DNA of 64,000 nucleotides from Hyaloraphidium curvatum SAG 235-1 (GCA_025558095.1 JAIVFI010000026.1:496001-560000); one strand, 5' to 3'. Numbered from the stretch's first letter, positions 12,783 to 25,950 are shown. Program-made: numbers and translations. The notes: generated by a model not told the origin, from the sequence alone.

Positions 12783-14345
12783 ATGGAGCTCCCCAAACCG
12801 GCACCGTTCTTCGCCGCGGAGACATGGCTCGCAGCGTTCCCTTCGCCGCCGCCGCCCTCCCGCGCGCTGTCGGGGGCCCCGCCTCCGCCCGACCCCGCGG
12901 CCGCGCTGCGGACCCCTCCGGATCCCACGGGGCGCGCAATCGCGGCGAATCTCGCTGATGTGCCTCTGCTGCGCGCCCAAGTGTCGTGGCGCTTCCTGCT
13001 GGGGCCTCTCATCGGGGCACAGATCATTCTGTGGACGGTGTACGGCGCTCTCGCTGGAGGGGCCGTTGCGACATCGTTGGGTTCGGATCGCGCCGCTTCC
13101 GGGCCGCCGGAGCTCGCGGGAGGGTTCGCGGCCGTGCTCATCATGCTGGTCTCGGCCCCCCTGGCTCACGTTGCCGGATACGTGTCCTTCTGGAGGGCGA
13201 ACGCGGGCGCGCTGGGGGTGGGTAACTGGCGACAGGCTCTCGTGGACCTTGTGTTCTTTCGACGGCCACATTGGATATCTAGCTCATACCGTGGATACCT
13301 TGCGACGTTCTTGGCATACACCGTGACGGTAAAGTTGAACACCGAGGCGCTCCGAAACCACGTCGAAGGGGAAAGGGGAGGATGCGCATGCCTTACCTGT
13401 TGTCCCGCGCGTTGGTCTCTTCGGACTCCGAGGAGGTCCCAGGATCGTCCTCAGAATCAGATGTCCGAGGTCCTCCGTGCCATGGGATATCATTGGCTCT
13501 TTGATGCCGTCTGGAGGGTGGTGTTCAGCCTTGCTTTGTTCCCCGCACTCGTTTGGACTCCTGCTGTGGTCCTCGGCTCCGTTTGGGCCACCTGGTACGG
13601 CATTCTGCTGTTTACCCTGGCGTCCGCGAGCTGGGCCCTCCTAGTCAGCCTGATTTTTGCTGCCTTTCCGGCGGACATGTTTGGCTCGCGGATCGTTGGC
13701 CGGGCCCGCCGGCGGCTCCTCCAGGAGGCGCTGAAATCCTTCCTGTCGCGCGTGCGGCGCGCGGTGAAGGACAAGGTGCCTTTCGAATCCCCCGAGGAGC
13801 TCTGGGACGCGGACGATGAACCGTACGTGGATGTGCAGGCGGCCGTGCAAGCCTCGTGGGCCGTCGACAGCATGTCCAGCGGCTTCATCCCCCTCGCGCT
13901 CCTCCTGATCCTCCTGAGTTACGCCGTTGCCGCCGCCGTCACCCTTGCCTCCGGTGCCTGCGTTCCCGCGTACGTCGTCCTCGGGGGCGCCTACCACTTC
14001 CTCATGCTCGTCCAGGACCTCTGGAGCGTGGCGGTGCGAAACGCCGAGGTCGCTGCGACCGCGGAGCTCTGCCTTGAGGCCCTTCAGGAGCTCCGCCAGC
14101 TTTGCGTGCTCGCGTCGCCCCCCAAAGCCCCCGCGGACCCGATCGCGGGGCATCTGGCGGCGCACGCGGCCGCGATAGAGGGGTTTGCCGCCGCGGCGGG
14201 GAGGAGGAGGGCCAGGTTCCTGGGGTTTGTCGTGGAGGCCGGGTCGGTGAGGGCGTTCCTCGTCACGGTAGCTACCGTTGCCTTCGCGTTTGCGGGATTC
14301 CTCCGGGGCTTCGGGGCGCGGGTGACGATGTCCACGTTCTGTTGA
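12783..14345 (+). CDS. 7TM membrane protein, family member 2 (putative 7TMIC/GR-like)
   Basis: Intronless 520-aa ORF with ~7 hydrophobic segments and motifs HVEG..GCACLTCC, WTPA, DEPYV, SGACVP, RNAEV, HAAAI, RFLGFVV...VRAFLVT and terminal ..STFC. Confidence 0.8.
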   Translation: MELPKPAPFFAAETWLAAFPSPPPPSRALSGAPPPPDPAAALRTPPDPTGRAIAANLADVPLLRAQVSWRFLLGPLIGAQIILWTVYGALAGGAVATSLGSDRAASGPPELAGGFAAVLIMLVSAPLAHVAGYVSFWRANAGALGVGNWRQALVDLVFFRRPHWISSSYRGYLATFLAYTVTVKLNTEALRNHVEGERGGCACLTCCPARWSLRTPRRSQDRPQNQMSEVLRAMGYHWLFDAVWRVVFSLALFPALVWTPAVVLGSVWATWYGILLFTLASASWALLVSLIFAAFPADMFGSRIVGRARRRLLQEALKSFLSRVRRAVKDKVPFESPEELWDADDEPYVDVQAAVQASWAVDSMSSGFIPLALLLILLSYAVAAAVTLASGACVPAYVVLGGAYHFLMLVQDLWSVAVRNAEVAATAELCLEALQELRQLCVLASPPKAPADPIAGHLAAHAAAIEGFAAAAGRRRARFLGFVVEAGSVRAFLVTVATVAFAFAGFLRGFGARVTMSTFC

Positions 14346-14553
14346 GTAAAGCGTTGCGGCCCGGGACGATGGCTAGGGCGGCGGCTCAGGCCTGGCTTTT
14401 GTCGAGGAGATGCTGATGCTGAGGAGACATTAGGGATGTAGTCCACTGAAGTGGTTTCAAGCTGCAGTCAGCAACCTGCTTCAAGCTGTGATCGCATTGC
14501 GTTCCGCAGGGTCGGCGTTCTGCCACGTTCGACAGCTCGCCGCCCTCTCCGCC

Positions 14554-17080
14554 ATGGACGGCCCGCCGCCGTACTCCCGCGCGCCGCCGACGTCCGCGGC
14601 GCGCACGCCTTCTCCGGGCCGCGCGGCCGCGGCGCGCCCCGCCGTGCACCCCGCGCGGGCGCGCGCAAAGACGGCGGTGCAGGACGCGATCAACGCGGAC
14701 TTCAACGGGGAATACGAGAGGGCGCAGCGGCTATACAAGGAGGCGCTGGACGGCTTCGCCGCCGAGGCAAACGGTGGATGCCCCGGGCGGCCCTCCGAGA
14801 CGCTCTAACCGCGACCCGTGCTCCCCCTCCCTCCTATCCGCCCATTCATTCGATTTAATCCGCCGCCTAATCTGGCCCGACGTTCAGCCCCCGAGACGCC
14901 CGGCAACGTGCGCGCCTATCTCCGCGGCAAGATCGACGAGTATTCGGCCCGCGCCGCGAAGCTCTCGCGCTTCCTCGACGCCGAACGGGCCGCGCAGGCA
15001 CAGGGCCCCGACGCGTCGTTCTCCGTGCCGCCGTTCGCGCCCGCCACTCCCGTGCCGGCCCCGGCCCCGGCGCCGGTGGTCGCGGGAGGATGGGGCGCCG
15101 AGGGGCTGCCGGACGCGAGCCTGCTGTCGCCAAAGAGGGAGACCAATGGCGGGATGGCGCCGCCCCCCGTGCCAGGGGTGGTCGTCACGGCCCCGCCGCC
15201 CATGGGATCGGCGGTACCGACGCCGCCGACCGCCCTGGCCCCGCCCATGGGACCGGCCCCCCCGACGGCGGGCCCGACGCCGCGGCGGACCCCGTTCCCT
15301 GCCGCGCCGGCGCCGGTCCCGGCGTTCGTGCCGGGGCCGCCGGCGCCGGTGCCGGAAAAAGCGGGCACGGCGTTCGCGCCTGAAATTGCTGCGGCGCCTC
15401 AGGTCGCGAGGAGGCGCAAGGGGTCGTGGATCGGGTTCTGCTGCAAGCTTGCCTTCCTGGTCGTGCTGCTTTGGGCGGTGAGCACTCCGTTGGCGGCGCG
15501 ATCGGCGGCGAGCTGACCCCCGCCGTTCCAGGCGCTACTGGGGGCGATGCTTTTGTGGCCGCACCAGCTGCAGCCGTACCTGGTGTTCCTCCACTGGGCC
15601 GACTTCCCGCCGCGGTTCATGCTCGACATGGAGAACCCCGAGGACTACCTCAAGCTCAGATGTGCGTTGTGGTCCCCTGCCCTGCTTCTTTCGCTCACGA
15701 CCCGTTCCCCGACCAGACGGCACCGTCCTCCCCGTCCGCATCCAATCCTCCGACCCTGATCCCCCCGTCGTCACATCGCAGTACCCGCCCCCGGGACCCC
15801 CCGTCTCCCTCCAAGCCTGGCACTTCCTCCCCCTCGCCTCGCCCCCCCTCCTGCGCCCCGACGGCCTCTCCCGCGACCCCGCCGCCTTCCGCGCAGCCCT
15901 CGGCCCCGCGTCCAGGGCGTTCCTCTACCTGCACGGCAATGCCGGCAACATCGGCTCTCCCAACCGCGCCGCGACCTACGCCCTCCTCCGCTCCGCGGAT
16001 CCCGGGGCGCATGTGCTGGCGCTCGAATACCGCGGCTTCGGCGCGTCGGACCGCGTGCAGCCCACGGAGGACGGCCTCGTGAGGGACGCAGCGGCGGGGT
16101 ACGGGTACCTCCTCTCCCTCGGCGTGCCCCCCTCGCAGATCGTCGTCGTCGGGCACTCCCTCGGCTCGGGGGTCGCCGCGCGGCTCTGCGCGGAGGAAGC
16201 GGTGCCGCCGCCCAGGGGGCTGGTCCTCCTCGCTCCCTACACTTCCGTCCCCGATGCCGCGCTAGACTACGGCACGCTGCCGCTGCTCAAGGCCATCAAA
16301 CCGCTGCTCTCGGAGCAGCAGAGGGAGTGGGTCAAAGAGAAGGTCGCGGTGCGGTTCGACACGCGGTCCATCATCGCCGGGGTGGCGGACAGGGTGCCCG
16401 TGCTCGCGGTGCACGGCGCCCGGGACGGGGACGTGCCCGCGTACCACTCCCTGGAGCTGTTCAACGCGACCTTCCTCCCGTCCCCCGGTTCCTCCCGCGA
16501 TCCCGAGTGGGAGGTGGATCATTTGCCGGGGGGCAGGGACAGGGTGCTCAAGACCTCGACGCGGCGGCCCGGCGGCGGGGGGATGTGGCTTCTCGAGGTC
16601 GGCGGCGCGCGGCACGGGGATCTGCAGGGGTGGGAAATCGTGAGGGAGGTGCTCGCCGGGTGGGTCGGCGGGCTGGAGAGGGGGGTGATGCCCGCGGGCG
16701 GGAGGGCGGCGGCGGCGCGGAGGGAGATGGAGGGGAGGAAGACGATCGAGGGGGGAGACGGGGCGACGGAGGTCGAGGCGCCGCCGCCGGAGCCGGAGCC
16801 GGAGGCGACCGTGGTGGCGGAGGAGACGCGGGCGCCCGAGGTGCCGGTGCCTGAGCAGCAGCAGGAGGAGGAGCATGCGGGGCAGGGGGAGGAGCCGAGC
16901 CCGCCTGAGGCGGAGGCGCCGGAGCCGGAACCGGAGCCCGCGCCCGCGGAGCCCGTGGAGACGGGGGTGCCCGAGGTGCCTGTTCCCGAGGGGGAGCAGG
17001 TGCCCGAAGGCGGGGAGGGGCAGGAGTGGGAGGGTGAGGAGATGATGGAGGAGTTCGTGCCCGCGAGGGAGGAGCTCTAG
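14554..17080 (+). CDS. MIT domain-Pro-rich-TM-ABHD12/13-like alpha/beta hydrolase
   Basis: MIT helices (AINADFNGEYERAQRLYKEALDGF / LRGKIDEYSARAAKL), a TM segment, LYLHGNAGN, LEYRGFG, the nucleophile motif GHSLGSG, VHGARD and an acidic tail. Introns at ~14774-14888, ~15478-15531 and ~15662-15714. Confidence 0.75.
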
Positions 17081-17363
17081 GCGGCCCAGGGCCGGGAGGT
17101 GTACAACAGTCGCGGTATTTGACGGGATCTTGGTACTTTCGGTGCGATCTGGGGCTCCTGGAGGCGTGAAGGCGGGGGCGCGAGGTTCTGCCGATCGCTG
17201 ATCGCTGAGCGAGATCCTGGGACACGGGACGAAACGAGATAACGCCTAAGCTCAGAGGCTCTCGCGGCCTCTCCTCTTCACGATTCCCGCCTCTACTCTC
17301 CTCGTTCCGCGCGGAACCCTCCGCGCCCTCCCCCGCGCGCTCTCCCTCCCGCGCACGCGCGCC

Positions 17364-18534
17364 ATGTCCGCGCTGCCGTTCCTCCCCGCGGGCACCGTCC
17401 CCACGCGGGACACCCCCGTGACGCTCGCCGGGACACTGCCTGTGCCTCCTCTTGCGCTGGGAGTGTGGTCGTGGGGAGACACGGGGACGTGGAATAAGGA
17501 TGGCTGGACGGCGGAGAAGGAGAAGGAGGCCAAGGGGGCGTTCGACGCGTGCTGCAGCGTGGGTCCGCTCACCCGGTGTTGTGCGCTGCGTGCTGATCGT
17601 AAACAGACTGGCTATCCCTTCTTTGACACGGCGGAGATTTACGGTCGGGGAGAGTCCGAGAAGGTCTGCGGGAGGTTCCTCGCCTCACTGCCGGCCGAGG
17701 AGCGCAAGAAGACGGTCATAGCCACCAAGTTCCTCCCGTTGCCCTACAAGTTCTCCTACCCGTCGGCGCTGCTGGACGCGCTGCGCGCTTCGCTGGAGAA
17801 GCTTGGCATGGACTCGGTGGACCTCTATCAGGTGCACGGCCCCATCCACCTCCGCAGCGTCGAGACGGTCGCCGACGCGCTGGCCGAGGCCGTCAAGCTG
17901 GGCCTGACCAAGACCGTGGGGGTGTCGAACTACTCTGTTTCCGAGGTCACGAGGATGCACAAGCGCCTGAAGGAGCACGGGGTGCAGCTGGCGAGCAACC
18001 AGGTCGAGTTTTCGCTGCTGAGGAGGCTGCCCGAGACGAGCGGGCTGGTCAAGACCTGCCACGACTTGGGGTATGTTTATGGTTGCGGCGGTCAGCCCCG
18101 ATTCTGCTCCTGACAGCTTTCCGAACCAGCGTCGCCGTCCTCGCCTATTCGCCTATCGGCATGGGTCGACTCTCGGGCAAGTACAGCGCCGCCAACCCTC
18201 CACCCTCGGGCCGCCGCTTCAGCAACTACGACATGGCCCGGATCGACCCCCTGCTCGACGTCATGCGCCGCATCGCGGACCAGAAGAAGGTGCCCGTCTC
18301 GGCGGTCGCGCTCAACTGGGTCATCTGCAAGGGTGGGTTGCTACCCATCCATATCTGACGAAGCGAGCTAACTGCGGTGTTGCAGGCGCGATCCCGCTCG
18401 CGGGGGCTCGCAACGCCTCGCAGGCGGAGCAGAACGCAAAGGCGCTTGGGTGGAGGCTGTCGGACGCGGAGATCGCGGAGCTGGACAAGCTGTCGATCGA
18501 GGGGAGCACGGATTTCTTCTGGCAGCACGGGTGA
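17364..18534 (+). CDS. Aldo/keto reductase (pyridoxal reductase-like)
   Basis: Motifs LGVWSWGD, FDTAEIYG, IATKF, DLYQVH, VGVSNY, NQVEFSLL, AYSPIGMGRLSGKY and VALNW; three introns. Confidence 0.9.
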
Positions 18535-18660
18535 TCGCGCGTTAGATCTTTCGGGCTCCGGGGCGGAGCCAGAGGAAGGCCGTCGAAACTCGCCACGTCT
18601 CAACCTCCGTCAACCCAACTCGCGACTGTTTGCAGTCCGAATCCCCGTCAAATACCGGCC

Positions 18661-19503
18661 ATGGACTCTATCTTTGACACCATCTCGTCGGCGGTGCCCT
18701 CGTCGGGCGACCTGCTGTCGTCCCTGAAGCAGTCGGCCGACCTGCCCCCGCGGGTCGTCTCGCACCTGCGCGATGTCTACGGCCTCCTCGCCGTTCTCTG
18801 CGGTGCCGCCGCCGCAGGCTGCTACCTCAGCCTCGCGGGCCTGCTCAACCTCGGCGGCTGGCTCCTCTTCTTCGGCACCCTCGGCGCGTCGCTCGCGTTC
18901 GCCGCCGTGAATGAGGAATGGCAGCGCCGCAACCTCGCCCTCGGCATCGCGTTCCTGCAGGGCAACGGGCTCGGGCCGCTCGTGCGGCTGGCGGGCATCG
19001 TCGGGGGGGAGGGGATGGTGTTTGCCGCTCTCGGTGCCACGGTACGTCGAGAGCCGTTGTCGGACGTCGAAAAAGTCCCGTCTGACCTTTCCGCCCGCCG
19101 TGTTCCCATCCTGCAGGCCTTGATCTTCATCAGCTTCACCGCCGCCACGCTTCTGTCCAACGACCGCACCGGCACTTCCCGCTGGAAGCTCTACGCCTTC
19201 GGCGTACTCGGTTCCCTGGGCCTGCTGCTTCCCTACCTCGCCCTCTTCAACATGTTCCTTGGCTGGCGACTTACCTACGACCTGGAGCTGTACCTCGGAC
19301 TGGCCATGTTTTCGTTGTACGTCGCCTGCGACACCCAGGTCATCGTCGCCAAGGCTTCGATGGGGCGCTTCGACGTGACCAAGGACGCACTGGAGCTGTT
19401 CATCGACCTCGCGGCGGTGTTTGCGAGGGTGCTGATTGTGCTGCTGAGGAAGGAGGAGGACAGGAAGCGGAGGGAGGAGGAGAAGAGGAGGCGCAGGAGG
19501 TGA
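18661..19503 (+). CDS. Bax inhibitor-1 (TMBIM6-like)
   Basis: HL..VY, multiple TM segments, YLGL..F..YV..DTQ.I, LELFIDL..VF.RVL..L and a basic coiled tail; in-frame intron ~19042-19096. Confidence 0.85.
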   Translation: MDSIFDTISSAVPSSGDLLSSLKQSADLPPRVVSHLRDVYGLLAVLCGAAAAGCYLSLAGLLNLGGWLLFFGTLGASLAFAAVNEEWQRRNLALGIAFLQGNGLGPLVRLAGIVGGEGMVFAALGATVRREPLSDVEKVPSDLSARRVPILQALIFISFTAATLLSNDRTGTSRWKLYAFGVLGSLGLLLPYLALFNMFLGWRLTYDLELYLGLAMFSLYVACDTQVIVAKASMGRFDVTKDALELFIDLAAVFARVLIVLLRKEEDRKRREEEKRRRRR

Positions 19504-19605
19504 ATTGCAGGGTGGCAATCTATCGCATTGACGTGAACGTTTGAAGAATGAAACACAAGAATCTGATTGCGGATGCCGATTTGATTGCGGGTGCCGATGC
19601 GACGT

Positions 19606-20547
19606 TCAGACCGCGGTCCCGGCCATCTCCATCTCTTCGACGTTGCGCAGATCATGGATCTTGGGCGGCTCCCCTGTCACGTAGGCCTTGGCCATCTCCA
19701 CGAAGGTCGCCGCCGTCGACTTCGACTGCGCCGAGTAGGTTGCCGAGCTGGGGATGATCTCTGCGGATCCGTTTCAGTATGGCGAGATAAGAGAGAGGGA
19801 CGGGGACGTACTGATCAGGACGAGCCGCGGGTCGTCGGGTCCGCCGTCTCGCACTCCGTCGCCGACGTCGCCGAGCCACTGCGGAAGATAGCAACGCCGT
19901 CAGTGTAATGTCCCGCTCCAAGCAACGCGCACGGCCCAACGGACCATCCGCAGCGTCGACTTGTACTTTTCCTTGACGACTTCGCGGTCGTCCACGATGG
20001 CTGCGCGGCCGTAGATCGAGGCCCATTCCTTGTGCGTCGAGAGGTAGGTGACCGTCACGTGCGAATCCTGGGTGATTTGCTGGACCTTCGCAGAGTGGCG
20101 ATCGGTGGCCTGGCCGGAAGCCGTACCCATCCGAATCAGAAGGAAATCGGTGCCGCCCAACAAGACGATACGGACAAACCAGAGCGCACCCCGTCCTTCA
20201 CGATCGATGTCGAGGTTGCCCATCGCCCTGGCTGGCATCTTGTCCCCGTGCGCGTCCCGCGTGACCAGCATGCCGACGCCGACCCGGTCCACCAGGTCCC
20301 ACAACCCGGCCATCTTCTCGTCGGGGCTGGCGGCAAGGTCGAGGTTGGTCGCGGTGGCGCCGGTCTCCCCCGGGTCCGCGGGGCCCGAGTGATACGGGTT
20401 GGGGGCCACGTCGACCGGGTGCATCGTGCGCCACTCCTTCCAGGACTCGGTGGCGGCCGCGGGGTCGGTGCCGGCTGCGGAGGGGGTGATGTCCTTGGTT
20501 CCGAGGGGAGCGAGCGGTTGCTCAGCAGGCGGTTGGCTTTTCGACAT
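19606..20547 (-). CDS. Bli-3 / general stress protein 26-like (PNPOx-like FMN-binding fold)
   Basis: Motifs EKMAGLWDLV...GMLVTR, ARAM, LWF.TD.HS.KV, EWASIYG.A and WLGDVGDGVRDGGPDDPRL; three introns. Confidence 0.8.
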
Positions 20548-20956
20548 CGTTCTGGTTGGCGGAAGGAAGAACTGTAAACGATGACTGGACAGCACAAATG
20601 GTTAAAAGTAAAAGGCGTTTCGATAGCTACAAACAGGAGCAGCGACATCGTCCCCTTCCAATCAATAAGTGCGAGACTTTCGTGCGAGGCTTCTGATATC
20701 ATTGAAACGAACGTCCTAGTGAATCCGATGTTTCGCGACACGACAGAGTGGTTATTGCTTTGCTTCAATTGGGGCGGATTCTCCACTCGGGGAGGGCGAC
20801 ATGAGAGCCGAGAAGTAACACGAAAGGATCCAGAGACATACGAGATGTTTCTTTGGCATGAGATTTCTCGGCTAGCGCAGCGGAGCGAAGGCAAGGTCGG
20901 CGTTGGGGCCCGGTGCCGCCATAACACCGTCCCTCGACCTTGAGTTGTCCCCCGCG

Positions 20957-22122
20957 ATGAACGGCCACGCCTCCTCCTCCGAGTCCGCCTTGGGCGTCAC
21001 GCCGTGCGCCATCCCACACGTGCTCCACTCGGGGTACCACCACCCCGTGCTGCGGTCGTGGCAGGCGGAGCGGCGGATCGCAAAGTCGGCGCTCGTCTAC
21101 CCCGTCTTTGTCGGCGACGACGCCGACGCCGAGGAGGACATCCGCGGCTTCCCCGGCGTCAAGCGATGGGGCATTAGGAAGCTGGAGGGCCACCTCGGCC
21201 CGCTGGTGGCGCAGGGGCTCCGGGCGGTGCTCCTCTTCGGCGTCCCGACAAAGGCGCCCAAGGACCCCGAGGGCGGGCCGGCAGACGACCCCGAGGGCCC
21301 GGTGATCCTGGCAGTCAAGATGATCCGGGCAAAGTGGCCCGAGGTCGTCATTGCGTGCGACGTGTGCCTCTGCGAGTACACGAGCCACGGGCACTGCGGT
21401 GGGCCTCTTCGGCGTGTGCCACCTTCCATTGCGAGGCTCATCGCCTTTTTCCGAACAGGAATTCTCAACGCCGACGGCACCCTCGACAACACCCGCTCCA
21501 TCGAGCGCCTGGCGACCGTGGCGCTAGCCTACGCCGCCGCCGGCGCCCACGTCGTCGCCCCGAGCGACATGATGGACGGCCGCATCCTCGCCATCAAGCA
21601 GGCGCTCGCATCGCACAAGCCGTCCCTGCTCAACAAGGTGACGGTGATGAGCTACGCCGCCAAGTTTGCCAGCGCCCTGTACGGGCCCTTCCGCGAGGCC
21701 GCGGGCTCGGCGCCGGGGTTCGGGGACCGGAGGTGCTATCAGCTGCCCCCTGCGGCGCGCGGGTTGGCCATGAGGGCGGTCAAGAGGGACGTGGAGGAGG
21801 GCGCGGACATGGTGATGGTCAAGCCGGGCGGCCAGTACCTGGACATCGTGAGGGACGTCAAGAACGCGGTGAGCATCTTCACGTAACGTCACCGGTTGAG
21901 TGGCATTTCTAATTTCCGAACCGCCTTCGATAGTATCCGGACCTCCCGCTGGCAGTCTACCAAGTGTCGGGCGAGTACGCGGCCATCCACGCTGCTGCCG
22001 CCGCCGGCGTCTACGATCTCAAGGGAGCCGTTCTGGAAAGCATGGATGGGTTCGCACGCGCGGGAGCGGGGATCGTGATCACGTACTTTGCGCCGATGCT
22101 GCTGGGCTTGCTTGACGGGTAG
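20957..22122 (+). CDS. HEM2: Delta-aminolevulinic acid dehydratase (porphobilinogen synthase)
   Basis: [14 protein letters not shown], Zn site [43 protein letters not shown] and YQVSGEY; two introns. Confidence 0.95.
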
Positions 22123-22668
22123 CCATTTGGGCGATGCTGCGTCCGCGGCATCGAATTCTCTTGCAAAAACCACGATGGATAGGTTGTCAGTCGGATAGAG
22201 AGCATCTTGTACCAAAGTAGTCTGGCACTTCGAGCTGGCATCTTAGCAACCCTGAACTCTCGACGTAGGGATTAGAATCACGCGCTGGCCCGCCCTGAGT
22301 GTGCCGCCGGAGCGAGGGGCGACAAAGAAGAATCGATCGTGCTTCTCAAGCCATTCGCTGCTGCTTCGAACCATGTTCTGTTACGAGTCCCTACTGTGTG
22401 ATGACGCCGCGCACCCATTTGGTCACTCGTCTCCCAATACCGCAGGATCCTTCGACCCGGGTTCCCTGTGCCTTCCCGGCCGGGCCGCGGCCGAAATCGA
22501 GGTGCTAGGAGCCCTCGGGACGAAATCCGAACGCGTCTGGGGCCGTCTCTCGCGGCCAGAGATTGCGGTCGCCGGACCCTTGGCAGCGGCGGCCTTATCG
22601 CCGCCCGCAGGGGAGCGGCTGCGGGCGGTTTGCCGGGCGGGCGCTGCCCGTAAGGAGCGACCGAAGCA

Positions 22669-25249
22669 ATGGAGGAGGCCCGCGTCCTGCGCACGGTGTC
22701 ATGGTGGGCCGCGACGGACACCCGTTCTAGCGGCCCCGGACTCATTCTTGGTGCCCTCATGCGACGCCGCCCTCCGCCGCGAAACCACAGCGAGGCATGC
22801 TCAATCGTGAAATCGGCAAGTGCCTCGGGATGCCGGCGATATGCGGGGAGACTGACGCCGGACCGCACTGCAGCGCTGCGTGAGGCCCTCGGAGGGCGAG
22901 CCGTGCGAGCGCTGCCAGAGGCTGCGCAAGGTCTGCCGGCTCCAGGACACGACCTTGACGCGGCGCAAGCGCGAGGAATTGCGCAAGGCGGAGCGGGCGC
23001 GGAATGAGGACGGCGAGAAGTCGCCGCCCGGCTCAAGGGCCAAGCGGCGTTCGTCGGGGACACCCGTCCGCTCCAGCTCGGAGGCGTCGGTAGACAACGC
23101 CTCCGCCTTGGCCGTCATGATGGACTACGAGTGCCCGTTCAAGGAAGGGCAAGGTGCCCCGGCCCTCACGGCGAGCCCCGGCTACAGCCCAACAGACTCG
23201 GCGGATGGCCGCGACAACTACTTCTTTTCCCTTCCGGCCCGGCGCCAATCGAGTGCGGCGACGCTGCTGCTTTCGCCGGGACTGCCCCAATTCTCCAACT
23301 CGATAACGCTGTCCAGTACTCTGTCCAGCGGGGATCAGATTGTTCCTTTTGGGGCATTGCCGGACGCCATCGTCGCTGCATCTTCGAACATCCTTCAACC
23401 GCCTTCTCCGCTGGACCTGTACCTCGGTGAGGCTTGTGACGTTGTGCGTGGTTGCTGAAGCTGAAGAAGGGTTGGCCTCCTTGTCCCAGACATGTTGCCG
23501 TCCTGCCTCGCAGCATAGTGGGTGCTCCCATTGGCCATTTCGGGCCGTCACTGATCTGCCCCCCCTTTAGCTTCGACTACTACAACAAGCGCAATCCCAT
23601 TGTGCACCGCGCCACCTTCCTCCGCGCCTTTGTCGACGCCGGCAGCCCCCGTATCTACGGCCCCAACGCTCCCCGCGCCCTGCTCTTCGCCCTCGCCGCC
23701 GCCGGCTCCATCAACGCCGAGTTCCCTGGGCTCCAGGACGCCCAGCGCGTCCGCGCCGGCCGCGAATTCGCCAACCGCGCGCGCGAGCTCGTCCTCGCCG
23801 GGTACTTTGACCGCCCCGCCTACGCGCGCTCCATCACGGGCCTCGAGGCCGTGCTGGTGCTCCTCGTGCTCTCCGGCTACTATGTCCCGCAGGGGCTGGC
23901 GGCGCGGATGTTCCCCATGCTGCAGCGGATGGTCGCGCTGCTGGCCGAGGTGTGCGTGGACGGGCCAGGGGCGACCGTCGGCGGAGCGGACGGGGATCCC
24001 CCCGCGGATGCGACGGAATGGGTGCTCCGGGAAATGAAGACGCGTGCTTTCGTGTTCGTTTCCACGACGGACTGCCTGCAGGCCCCGACGGCGGGAAGGC
24101 TCCCTCTATACCCTTACTTTCGACATCCCATCGTGTTCCCGGCGCACGATGGATTCTACGAGATGGACGACGAGGAAGAGGCATTTGCTCTTCTGCACAG
24201 CTCCCCGGACAGGCCCGCGCGGGCGCGGTTCGACGGCTTCAGGGAGCTGCAGCACGCCCACATCGCGGCGGCGCGGCGGGCGGAGCTGGTCCGCAGGCTC
24301 GTCTCCCCCGCGCTCGAGGGCCGCGCCTTCGTCGGGACGCTCTTTTTCTTCCAGGCCTTCATCGCCGGCATCAAGGCCCGGCAGCGGCTGCTGGCCGCCG
24401 AGAACAAGCTCCGCGTGCTGCAGCTCGCCCTGCAGGACCCTGCTCTGGACACGCCCCCCGAGGCGCTGTACCGCCGCCTCGAGTTGCAGATCACCGCGCT
24501 TTATGCGGATGCGTGGTCGGCCATACCTTCCGTGGGGATCAGCCTGGGGGCGGGCAACCCGTGGCCCTTCCTCCGAGCATGGCCGTCCTTCTTCTCCGCG
24601 CGGGGCCATGCGCACTCCTTCCTCGCCGTCGCCATCACCCTATCCAACTATCCCCTGGAGGGTTACCTCTCCGGGGACCCCTCCTCAGCCCCGGAAGCCT
24701 TCTTCGCCTCCCCGTACTTCCTCTCCGTTCTGCGCGCGGCGTCGGTCGCCGTCGGGCTCATGCGGGGGCAGCTCGCCGACGATCCGGGGCTGCGGTGGGC
24801 CCACGTGGTGGAGCTCGCGACGGCGCTGAGGACGGGGTACGTCCTGCTCGGGGCGGCGAGGGCGGTGGGCGTGCGGGGCGCGCACACGGACCCGCTCGGG
24901 TACGCGGAGGACATCAAGACGGTGGTGAGGGTGATGGACAGCCTGGGGAGGGCGTTCAAGCCGCTCGGTGGGTGCTTCCGCGCGGATGGATCGCCGGAGA
25001 TTTGGCTCATCCTTGGATTCGGCAGGGACGAGGTTCGCGCGCGACTTTCGGCGCGCGGTGCTGGCCGCCGGGATCGATCCCGATGCCCCACCGCCTGCGG
25101 AGGAGGAGGACGACGAGCAGGTGCTGCAGCCGATGCCGGAACCGGGGGCGGCGCAGCATCCCGTCGCTCCGGGTGACGTGACGGTGCCCGCGGCGTTCGC
25201 GAGGATGGCGATGAGCGGCAGCCAGGCGTTCAAGCCGTGGGTCAAGTAG
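22669..25249 (+). CDS. Zn(II)2Cys6 transcription factor with fungal middle-homology region, copy A
   Basis: Spliced cluster SCEACSIVKSRCVRPSEGEPCERCQRLRKVC, followed by FDYYNKRNPIVHRATFL..LLFALAA. Four introns, including a GC-AG intron at 22816-22873. Confidence 0.85.
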
Positions 25250-25950
25250 CGGGATGATGCGCTCTACGGCCCGGGTGTACGCTGCGGACTAAATTTGCGC
25301 GATCGCCTCGCCCGGAGTGTTTGGCTTTGGCGGCTCGTTTGAGTTTTTCCGGGGGGCCGTGTCCGCACTGTGTGCCTGCGCCAGCGGCCGCGATGCCGCG
25401 ATCGAGCGAGTAGAAGCCGGGTATCCCATTCGCGCGCATCGCGACGCGATCGGGTTGAACTCGGTCGGTGCCTTGGTGGGTGCCTTGGCGTCGTTCGATC
25501 GGCCGATTGAGTCAGGCATCATTGTTGGCCGCACGCGACCGACGCGGCCGCGGTGGCCAGGCCTCGGACAGCGGGAATTCGGTGGAGTCCGGGATCGAGC
25601 GGGCGTTTCTGAGCCCGATCCGGCATTTTTCGCCGTGTAGGAGCCAAAGGCCCGAAGCGGGCTGGCGGCTGGGTTGCGGAGGCCAGACTCACCTGCGGCG
25701 GGGCGGACGCTACGAACCCGCTTTCATCGCTCCTCCGGGGCGGGTGCCTCCGCGCGTGCCCGGCGCACCTGCGGCTTCCGACGCCCCGCCGACGCACGCG
25801 CCCGCCGTCTCAGCGGGGCCGGGCGCGCGGCTGCGGCGCGCACGCTGTCGCGGGTCCGGCGCGGCAAACGCCCGGGGCCGGCCGCGCCGAAAGCGGGCGG
25901 CCGGCACGCAGGCACGCCGCGCCGGCGGAGCTGAGAATTCGCGCAAAACA

